Shown piece by piece: positions 22,390 to 32,000 of a stretch of DNA of 32,000 bases. Numbering within the stretch: position 1 is the stretch's first letter; every line of letters begins with the position of its first letter. Origin of the DNA: Wallemia ichthyophaga EXF-994 (lineage: Eukaryota > Fungi > Basidiomycota); contig NW_008806281.1 in NCBI RefSeq assembly GCF_000400465.1, positions 330,001 to 362,000 on the forward strand, written 5' to 3'. Made by a program: the position numbers and the translations under genes. The notes beneath the pieces were generated by a model. The model made no database searches. It was not told where the DNA came from and saw nothing but the letters and a program-made list of their open reading frames with translations.

Positions 22390-23897
22390 ATGTTTAGAGC
22401 ACTATACAGGAATAAAAATTTAATAAAACCAGTTTTCTTCCTTTCTTTGGGCGGTGTTGCCGTTTACGCACAAGATTCGCGTGCGTCGATACACAACTGG
22501 TTGACGCAGCCTCTACTCCACCAAATGGACACAGAGAACAGCCACAAGCTAGCAATCAACCTTCTTTCGCTCGGTATACACCCAAAGGATTACTCAGTTG
22601 ATTGGGAAGGTCTGAAAACTACCCTTTGGAACAAAGATTTCATCAATCCTATCGGTTTAGCTGCTGGTTTCGACAAGCACGCTGAAGCTATTGATGGCTT
22701 GTTCGATCTAGGCTTCGGTTTCGTGGAAGTTGGTTCCGTCACCCCAGAACCTCAGGTGACTTATTCGGTTAAAATGCTTTAAACAAAAGCTAACATGTTT
22801 TGAAGTCAGGAAATGATAAACCGCGCATGTTTAGATTGTCTGAAGATGAGGCAGTCATTAACAGGTACGGCTTCAATTCAGTTGGCCATATGACAGTCCT
22901 AGCAAGGTTAAGGCATAGATTGAAGAAGTTCGTCACAAATAATTCAGACACAGATACCACCAACCAACTTCTTCAATCTGGTTTGTTCAGCGCTGATGAA
23001 ACTATGACTCACTTCGACACTCCTGCTTCATTGCATAAAGGTAGAATTCTTAGCTTGAACCTCGGTAAAAACAAGACTACCGCTGAAAACGATGTTAGCG
23101 ATTACGTGAAAGGCGTCAGAAGACTTGGTCCATTCGCTGACATGTTGGTTATTAATGTCAGCTCACCAAACACTCCAGGATTGAGAGGTTTACAAAGGAG
23201 AGGTTTGTTAGAGGAGCTTCTTTCGAGTGTGGTTGGTGAACGTAAGACTCTTAAGAATCATCTTCCAATCCTTGTAAAAGTTGCACCAGATCTCGGCCTT
23301 GAAGAGTTGGAAGATGTTGGATTGGCAGCCAAGAACGTCGGTATTGATGGCGTTATAGTTAGTAATACGACACTTGATAGACCTTCAACACTCAAATCTG
23401 AAAACAGTAATCAAGTTGGTGGATTGAGTGGTAAACCTTTATTAGAAAAGTCTGTCAAAGCGTTAAAGGAGCTCTACATTTCTACAGATGGTCAAGTCCC
23501 TCTAATAGGATGTGGAGGCATTTCTTCGGGCAAGGATGCTCTTAAATTTGCTGGTGCAGGTGCATCACTAGTTCAACTGTACACTTCATTAGGATATGAA
23601 GGTGTAGGATTACCTAGGCGCATTAAAGATGAGATTACTCAAGAGTTGAAGTCACAAGGTATTGCTTCTTGGCAAGCTGTTGTTGGTACAGATGCCCTCG
23701 CTGAATTGACCCGTAAAAGATGGGAAAGAGGCTACTCAATTGCCATTTCAACGCTCACCAAAGAGGTAGAGAGCTTGATTGAGCGTGCAAAAAGCTTAGC
23801 AGATGGTTTCAACGAGAATGATGATGGGGAGAAGGTCAAGGAGGTAGTGAATGAGAGTTTAGAAAAAGCTAAGGAGGTTAAAACACGACTTGTGTAG
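22390..23897 (+). CDS. URA9: Class-2 (mitochondrial) dihydroorotate dehydrogenase; intron 22756-22805
   Basis: [26 protein letters not shown]|[51 protein letters not shown]; N-terminal mitochondrial presequence/TM-like segment. Confidence 0.95.
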
Positions 23898-24232
23898 ATT
23901 ACTTTAGACAGATTGAGAATAAATATGCATGGATGCTATTTTGATTGTATTGGGTGTATGTTAAATGTTACTGGTATCCGAACCCTTATCCTAGTGTAAA
24001 TAATTGCTTTGACTGAGAACCTAAGCTGAAACAATCCCCAATGTCCGATTGAAGGTAATAGAAAAAACTTTAAATGAAGAACTTTACAATATTGAGTACT
24101 GATGATGAGCGCGGTAATTCAAGTACCTATTTGTCCTTCGTTGTCGTGATGGTGACTACGTTTCTAAACATAACGATTTCTATCCCCACCTTCAACTCAT
24201 CGATCAGAGATATGCCTCTCAGCTTTATAAGG

Positions 24233-26696
24233 CTAATGTTTTCTATGTTCCTGGCGATTTGTGTCATTCGGCCTTGTGTATTTGTTATTGCTCAATGATT
24301 CGTCATTGGGTTCGTCATATCTCCAGGGTTTGTAGGGCTTAGTTGTTGGTTTATAAGGATTGTGAGGATTACGACCAAACCCATCTCTTCCATCAGATTC
24401 TCTGCTATCATAAAAGTCCTGAAAGTATGGTTTCTTGTTATAGTAATCTCGCCCATTGTGCTGTCGATTACTATATCTGTCTTTATAGTCCATTGATCTG
24501 CCACTGTAGCGATCATTGTTATAGTCTGATGGACGTCTATCGCGCTTTTGGCCATGGAAACTACCCATCTGCTTATCATTGTAGCTATTATTGGTGCTTT
24601 TATTACGACTAGAAAGCTTGTTATTATCATCGCCGTCATCTGGACTGATTGTATTATCACCTGTTTTCTCGATTGATTTACTCCAATCTGTTTGATCTTG
24701 TTGGGAAGTTCTGGGCGTATTCCATGTGCTTTGGTCATTCCATGAAGGACTCTGACGTCCTTCAACAGCCTCATTCCATTGGCTGTTGGTTTGGTTCGCT
24801 GACCAAGGGTCGTGAGATTTTGACTTGATGATTTCACAATCATCCGATTGAGTCGATAATGTCGTTCGCGGGTGTGGTAATTTTGACTGTACAGTTTGTT
24901 GAGCTTTAGGTTCTAGATTTGAATGTCAAATTTTTTCTTGCAATACTAGGCACTGTCATCTCACCTTCAGTATTGTGATTGTCCCGCCTTAGACTTTCAT
25001 GAGGTTTGGGTGGCAGTGGGTTATTACCCATTGAAGGTTCTTGTTTGCTTCTTTCATTAGTTCGATCAGAAGGTGGTTCAGGCTCGCCATAATCCATAGC
25101 GTCATCATCAGGAAAATTGTCTTGTTTCGCTTGTCTTGGTGGCGCTCTTTTAAAGTTGTCGTTATTGCTGAATCGTGATTGATTAGACGCAGTCCTAACA
25201 TAAGGATTTGATTGTACACGTGGATGAGGGGCGTTGTTTTGTGAACGACCCCTAAGAGCAGGAGCACCTCTAAAATTCAATGGCGGAGGTGGCTTACCAC
25301 TAAACATCGAGCCGGTGATGACTTGTTGAGGAACTTTATATGCTGGAGCAGGTCTAGAGCTAAATTGACCGAAAGATTGTTGATTAGGTGGAGCATACGG
25401 ATTAGTTCTAGGTTTGGACTGTATGTGTGGTAATTGAGGTTGCATAGGTCTAGCTTTATCATGCTGTGGATGTTGCTTTCTGGTGTCGTATTCGTGAGAT
25501 GATGGTAGAGGTTTGACGTCGTTTTTATCCATTGGTAGAGGTTTGGACCAAAAGTAATTATGATTGAGAGCATCTCTAGCAGAGATCCTCTTTTTTGGAT
25601 CCATTGTCAACATATTTTCAAGTAGATTGAGAGTACTTTGATCGGAGCTAGTTAATTGAGTGAATCTGCTTCTCAAGTTACCACCTTTGAAACCAGATGT
25701 TTTGATATCGATATCGTATTGACCTTTGATTGACTCCCATCCAGGCCAAGATGAAGGTGTAGGATCGCCACAGAGTTCAAATATACGCCGAAGTTGATCG
25801 ATATCGGTTTGGCCTTGTAAAATAGGCTTATGTGTGAACATCTCAGCAAATATGCACCTAAAAGTAAATGTTAGATGGAGTGGATAAAGGTTTCAAAGCT
25901 CACCCAACACCCCAGATATCGATCTCTGGACCATAATCACCCCAAGAGTTCTTTTCACCGAGGATTAACTCAGGTGGTCTATAAAATCTAGTGACAACCA
26001 TATTTGTATAGTTTCTAGACTTGTTTGAAGTAAGATTGCGTTGTAGTTTGTGACAAATCCTAGCTAAGCCGAAATCAGCAATTTTCAAGGACCCATCGTT
26101 TGATATTAGAATATTGGAAGCTTTCATGTCTCTATGTAGAACACCATTTGAGTGAATGAAAGCAGTACCTTGGCATAATTGTTGCATGTATAGCTTGATT
26201 TGAGATGCAGGAGGTTTAAAATCTGGTCTTTCAAGTAAACCAGTGAGATCATGATCCATGTAAGGGAAAACCATGTAAAACATTGGTGATGAGTTTTCTG
26301 GGTGAATGAGTGAGTGTTAAGAGAGGAAAAAGAAGGAGAGAGAGGGAAAATACCTTCGCCATAAGTCATGTCAACCAATTCAACGATATTTGAATGATTT
26401 AAGAGCTTTAAGAAGGTAATTTCTCTAATTGAAGTAGTTGGGAACTAAGTTTGGCGTGTAAGTTGATAAGGATAAAATCAATAGACTAAACTAACGCCAT
26501 CTTTTGCAGTGTGAACTAAGATTTTCTTAATTGCGACTTGATTACTCGTAGACCTAGAAGTCGCCTTGAATACAACGCCAAAAGTACCTTCACCAATTTT
26601 ATCGGATAACTTGTACTCCTTGTTAATCTCGGAGGAGCCGTGGAATTGATGAATTAGAATATTTTCATTTGATAGGGATCTCCTTCTATTCGTCAT
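24233..26696 (-). CDS. BUR1: Bur1/Sgv1 (CDK9-like) cyclin-dependent kinase with long low-complexity C-terminal tail; several short introns
   Basis: IGEGTFGVVFKA, VAIKKI, DG|FPTTSIREI, YMVFPYMDHDLTGLL, HRDMKASNILI, KIADFGLAR, YTNMVVTRFYRPPELILG, KPILQGQTDIDQL, LPSSHEYD. Splice at ~24986-24934 links to the tail ORF ending at 24233. Confidence 0.88.
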
Positions 26697-26747
26697 GAGC
26701 GATGAGTTGGGCGTTGAGTGTTGAGTTTGAACAGTCAACACGTAATT

Positions 26748-27616
26748 ATGGTGGAATTCGATTTTAGTAATTTTAACAGGTTAGACTTGAAATTTGACAG
26801 TTAATAAAATAAATCTATTGACCTCTCTATAGAAATAACTCATTGGCTTCAAATAATCAAGCTAATCTACCAAAAGCAACTTCAACTGGTACAACTATCG
26901 TTGGTTGCATTTACAAGGATGGTTTAGTTTTAGGCGCTGATACAAGAGCAACTGAAGGTGAAATCATCGCTGATAAAAACTGTGAAAAGATCCACTACTT
27001 GACAGATAATATTCGCTGTTGTGGCGCAGGCACTGCTGCAGATACAGAAGCTGTTACAGCATTGATATCTTCAAACCTGGAATTACACTCTTTATCCACA
27101 GGAAGAAGTCCAAGAGTTGTAACCGCAATGACAATGTTGAAACAAATGTTATTCCAATACCAAGGTCATATAGGTGCAGCTTTAGTTTTAGGTGGAATAG
27201 ATTCTACAGGTCCTAATCTATTCACCGTTGCACCACATGGATCAACAGATAAATTACCTTATGTTACGATGGGTTCAGGCTCATTAGCAGCAATGGCAGT
27301 ATTCGAATCAACATGGAAACCAAACTTAACACAAGACGAAGCAAAGAATTTAGTAATCAAAGCAATCTCAGCAGGTATCTTTAACGATTTAGGTTCAGGT
27401 TCAAATTGTGATGTTTGCGTAATTGAGAAGGATCAACCAACTCAATTATATAGAAATATTGCACCAGAGTTGAATGCAAGATCACAAAAGGAGAACAATT
27501 ACAAGTTCAGAAGGGGTACAACGGCTGTTAAGAAGGAATTTATCAGAAATCTTATTGATGAAGAGGAAGTTGTTGAGATTGGTCAAGGTGGTGATAGTAT
27601 GGATGTTAGTAGCTAA
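26748..27616 (+). CDS. PUP1: 20S proteasome subunit beta2; short first exon from 26748, intron ~26780-26832
   Basis: Propeptide [11 protein letters not shown]|[19 protein letters not shown] followed by catalytic TTIVG; [37 protein letters not shown]. Confidence 0.95.
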
Positions 27617-27713
27617 TAGCAACTAATTTTTAGCTAATTTTGAGTTGATGTACTGAAATGAAAGAATGAATTAAAATTGTTTTATCTAATCTATTACACC
27701 AACTGTCATCATC

Positions 27714-29073
27714 ATGGTATCGAGTAAGCAAGAATTGGAAGGAATGTTAATGCTTGAAAAACCTTTGATTAGAGTTAGTTTTGTTAAATGCTATATTGGC
27801 CACTCTAATACACGCAAATTCAGTCACCTTTAGAGAAATTACGTAAATCTTTCAGAAACATTCAAAAGCACTTGGATAAAGATTTGAATTTGATTTCTAA
27901 TAGTCTGAAGAATGATTTATCAGTAAATGATATTGATAAATTGATTTCGAAAGCTCATTCACTCAAATTAAAGGTATCGAGTTACGGCTATTATACCGAT
28001 TGCAGCACACTCACAAAACACAGCTGATTCAATTAGAATCTATACAATCAAACGATTACAATCAGCTTAAATTCAGATGCTTGCATATTAAATCTACTCT
28101 GTTAGATGGTTATCATCACAATGATAATAACCTAATTGAGGAATTCAAGGATATTAGAATTCAAAGGTGGATTGTTGATTGGTGTCTAAGAAATAACAAC
28201 AAATCCGTTGCAAATCTTCTGATTGACAAATCTAACATTCATTTCCTCATCGATAACGACTTAACTGATCAAATTACTAAAATTGAGTCAGATTTGTTGA
28301 ATTTCTCTTGCGATTCAGCTTTAGCCTGGTGTAATGAGAACAAGCTGAACCTCCGCAAACTTAGTATTCAATTCGAATTCGATTTAAGGTTACAACAGTA
28401 CATTGAAATCGTCAGACAAGGCAACATTCAATCAGCAATCTCTTACTTAAGGCATCATCTTATATCTCACTTTTCTACTCACTCCAAGCAAATTCAACAA
28501 GCTGTCGCTCTGTTAGCATTTCCTGAATCTTCCATTGTTGGCGTTTATCGTAATTTATATAACAAATCTAGATGGTCAGACTTGAGTCTACAATTTAAAG
28601 CTGTCGCTTTACATTTATACGGTTTAAGTACTCAACCTATGCTACATGTCGCTCTCAGCGTTGGTCTACCCTCACTTAAATTACAATGTTGCTCAATTGC
28701 TCAAGATTCCTCTCAAGTTGATAATCATGTCAACGAATTTGAACACCTTTACAATGATTCAACTTTCCTTTCGACGAAGAGTGAGAGACTCCTCGACAAC
28801 CACTCCACCAACTGTCCTACTTGTGACCCTGAGTTACTAGGTGCATTGGCTCAACAAGTTCCACACTCACATCACACTAACTCTTCAATCGTTTGTAAGA
28901 TTTCTGGAAAAGTCGTCAAAGACGGTGAAATGCTCGCTTTCCCTAATGGCAGAGTTTACTCTAAATCTGCTTTACATGATATGGCTCAAAACGATGCTCA
29001 AAATATGGTCAAATGTCCGCGAGATGGTACAATAGTCCACTACAGCAAACTACGCAAGGTCTTTGTTTCATGA
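27714..29073 (+). CDS. FYV10: GID/CTLH E3 ligase subunit Fyv10/Gid9/MAEA; two short 5' introns
   Basis: N-terminal LMLEKPLIR|SPLEKLRKSFR; CTLH/CRA ALAWCNENK..EFDLRLQQYIEIVR; C-terminal degenerate RING HSHHTNSSIVCKISG..PNGRVYS..VKCPRDG. Confidence 0.88.
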
Positions 29074-29248
29074 TTTGCTATTTCTTTCACTTTGTCTTAA
29101 ATTCAATGTTGTAAAATTATGTGTATATTTTTCATTACAATGTCCAATAAATTAAGTGAAAGATTCAAGTTGAGAGAGAAATAAGTAACAGCTAAATCCA
29201 AAACTATACAATGCTATAAACACTATTCTATCCACGATCAACGCTATT

Positions 29249-30194
29249 CTAACGCTTACGAGGTCGTAACCCAATCCTACTACCCTCGTCAATTGTGCAC
29301 TCGGCGGCTAAACTTTTATAAGGTGAATTTGATGACTTTCTACGATGCTGAGCTTTAGGTGTTTTGTTATTGTCATTGTTATCCTGCGCACAATCAATCA
29401 TGGTTTCATCTGATGATATACTACTGATTGCTGCATGTCTAGCTGAACGACGTATAGGTTGCTCAGATTTTATTGAACTAGCTATAGATATGCTGCCTAG
29501 CGCTTGCCTTAGACCAGATTTATCTGGTGAGAAGTAGGCTTCTGCGGTGATATTTGCTAGTAACTTCCTCGGTGTTCTCTCATCATCAATGTCATTAAGA
29601 TAGATAAGTCTTTGATGGGGACTTGTCATACCGCTGTTACTCGGAGTGGATTTAGACTTCACTAGACCCTGATTGGATTGTATGCGAGAATAGAGGGGTC
29701 GAGCGTCCTCTCTCATAATCATATTGATACGACGGCGTGTAGATCTGAATGGAGAGAGTTATGATTAGTTTGATGTTAGATATTAAAACAAAAACCAACC
29801 TCAAAGTGTGCCTCCAGCGATCATTCTCAGGTCCAAACTTTGATTTGCGTGCCGTCTTGGCCAAATGATGAACCAATTGATTTGGCGGCGCACAATCAGC
29901 GTATGGGGTATGAGTCGATTCATTAGCGTATTCATCACAGATTCTGTGTAAATTGTCGTCCTCATTTGTGCTCCAATCGAGCTCGGAGCTCTCAACGCTA
30001 GCCTCTGATACTGACGATCTAAGGGATGATATTGAAGATGCTCGCCTTCTTAAAGGATATCCACGGAGCCTTGTAGCCGTAGGCGGTGGCGTGCGTGGTG
30101 TGCGTGGCGAGACACTAGCGTTTGATGAGACTGTGAAACCAGGTGAACGCTCAGGAAGGTTGATTTTTGAAGGGTGTGATTGTGTAACTGCCAT
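29249..30194 (-). CDS. Hypothetical Ser/Arg/Pro-rich protein; intron ~29799-29745
   Basis: Two ORFs join in frame through GTTGGT..CTAAC..CAG (RWRHTLR|STRRRINM); the central TPYADCAPPNQLVHHLAK..W segment looks globular. Confidence 0.7.
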
Positions 30195-30494
30195 TGATAT
30201 TCCCTTGCTTATTTCCTTTATTTCCTCCGCTATCTTTTTCGGGTGATATTAGAGAGAGAGAGCGGAAGTGGAAAGCGCGGACGCGTCAAGTGAAAAATTT
30301 GGAGTGGGCTGATTTGAATGTAGGAAACAATTGAATAATTGAAAATAAAAATTGTGAAATATCATCGATTTGAAATTCTGGTTACTGATTCATCGATAGG
30401 CCCCAACTCGCTCCATGATGAGATCACTGAGGCACGAATAGAAGATGCGCATTGGTCTTTCTTGACGGTGACGAAAGTGTAAACTAATTGCAAT

Positions 30495-30848
30495 ATGTCA
30501 TTCAGCACAATCAGCAGCAACAACAGCAGCAGCGACTCTGGTCTACTCTCTCCACCTCCTTCTCACCGCTCAGACGGCGAGGACAGCAACAACAGCAATG
30601 GCAGCGTCGGCAAGTACAACATGACCCTTCAGTCTTACAGCGCTAGCTTGTGCGGCTATCACTTGGCGGCTGTGCGTAAAGCAACAAATGCAGTTGCAGA
30701 TGCACAATCCAAATCACTCTCTCCGTCTTTATCTAACTTGAGCCCTTCTAAACCTCCTAGATCCGCAAAGAAGGACAAAGCTCCGATTATTGCTGCTTCT
30801 CTCGTCATGCATAAAGCTCAACAAGATCGTTACAATGAAAAATTTTAG
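30495..30848 (+). CDS. Small Ser-rich hypothetical protein (117 aa)
   Basis: ATG-initiated ORF, GC-richer than its flanks, with coding-like composition; no recognisable domain. Confidence 0.55.
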   Translation: MSFSTISSNNSSSDSGLLSPPPSHRSDGEDSNNSNGSVGKYNMTLQSYSASLCGYHLAAVRKATNAVADAQSKSLSPSLSNLSPSKPPRSAKKDKAPIIAASLVMHKAQQDRYNEKF

Positions 30849-31611
30849 ACCAATAATCTTGAATCACAGATAATAATCATTATTCACAATCATCGTATCA
30901 TACCAATATTCCTACAGTTATTTCATTATTGAAACATCTTGCAATCGCATAGCTATTTACTCTGTTTGACAGTTCACTCGCATAACACAATTTCAGTAAC
31001 AAGAACGCAGATGACTTTTTAATCTATCCATCTTTTCCACACCAAACACCCTTAATCAACGCTACTTCTCATCATGAATGTAATATCTTTCATATGAACA
31101 CTTCAGCTTCCTTCTTCCAATTTGAAAGCATGTCTGCTTGGTTTTGCTTTTCACTCACAGTTTTCTATACTATCCTCGAGTATCCTTGTGTCTTAAAGCT
31201 TTTCGACGATTTTTTCGAAATTCACCCTTCTAATGGTGAGTGCTTCAAAATTACAAGCGACACAAAATTTTCAAACTAGTGATCAGCATTTCCCAAATCA
31301 AGAGCTTTTGCGTCATTTCTAATCTCATTAAGATTGTGTGATAAGGGAGGCAATTGAGGGAGTGTATTAGTAATTTAGTGGCCTTTGATCATGTTAAATG
31401 AGGAGTCAAGTTGATGTTCCTGACAAATTGCTCTCTAAAAACCTGTTAAAGTTGACACCAAGAAAAAGATCCACGGAAATGGCGATTTGAGGGGGATATA
31501 TATGTACATATATCGGGCTGTATGATTTTAAAGGATTCTTATTTAATTTTTATCCGCAATTCCTACACAACCTGATCTTCTACCACGCTTCGATTCATAC
31601 ACTCAACGCTG

Positions 31612-32000
31612 ATGGGTGCAACTCTATCAGGACTGGCCAATATATTCAAGCCACTGTTCTTCTGGAACGGAGGGAAAGAGTGTCGTATTCTAATGCTGGG
31701 ATTAGATGCTGCAGGGAAAACGACGATCATCTACAGATTGCAAGTGCGTGGAATGTGACAGCACTAAGCTCGATCGCGATTTATGTAGTTGGTAGCGGGA
31801 GTCTAACCTATCAATTAGCTTGGAGAAGTAATTCAAACAATACCCACTATTGGGTTCAATGTGGAGAGCATCGATTACAATGGCCTCAAACTCAATGTTT
31901 GGGATTTGGGTGGACAGACCAGTATTAGGCCGTGGGTATTATTGACTCAGGCTTACAATCACAACTCACAAATGCTTGTGTAGATATTGGCGGTGTTATT
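31612..32000 (+). CDS. ARL1: Arf-like GTPase Arl1, 5' part (truncated by window end); introns 31744-31818 and 31932-31983
   Basis: MG N-myristoylation start; [20 protein letters not shown]|[28 protein letters not shown]|YWRCY, which is diagnostic for Arl1. Confidence 0.93.

Noticed and set aside
30900-31450. Possible small or decayed minus-strand gene (fragments such as KTVSEKQNQADMLSNWKKEAEVFI*) and plus ORF 31094-31279
   Set aside because: I could not assemble a consistent spliced ORF or recognise a domain.
31498-31513. 16-bp palindrome ATATATGTACATATAT upstream of ARL1
   Set aside because: Low-complexity TA-rich sequence, most likely a TATA-like or microsatellite element.
387-31928. Many alternative-frame or antisense ORFs in the track (e.g. 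387-731, 951-1463, 3140-3544, 19073-20325, 24292-24843, 29953-30246)
   Set aside because: They overlap well-supported genes in other frames or strands and show no domain signatures.
1-32000. CRISPR arrays, tRNA/rRNA genes, prokaryotic systems
   Set aside because: None seen; the sequence is intron-containing fungal DNA.

Overview
Eukaryotic (fungal) DNA from a very gene-dense genome with very short introns (about 37-75 nt). Protein sequences look basidiomycete; a Wallemia-like compact genome is my inference, not verified. The window holds about 12 protein-coding genes: a Pro/His-rich hypothetical gene (partial, missed by the ORF track), a Sec7+PH Arf-GEF, an AreA/Gat1-type GATA factor, an ACS-family MFS permease, importin-4/Kap123, Rad9/Ddc1, class-2 DHODH, a Bur1/CDK9-like kinase, proteasome beta2 (PUP1), Fyv10/Gid9, two hypothetical genes and ARL1 (partial). 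The outstanding feature is a 7.35-kb gene-free interval (7716-15069) between two convergent gene 3' ends. It contains a giant inverted repeat: arms 9041-11491 and 12020-14470, 2451 bp each, only 4 mismatches by manual comparison, around a 528-bp AT-rich spacer. The outer arms contain a degenerate ~143-148-bp tandem unit, related units recur at 126-bp spacing outside the left arm, and diverged inverted homology continues beyond both the outer and inner ends of the identical arms. The best interpretation is an inverted-repeat regional centromere kept identical by arm-to-arm gene conversion; this is inference and needs CENP-A ChIP or Hi-C. Three head-to-head gene pairs have start codons only 25, 35 and 51 bp apart.
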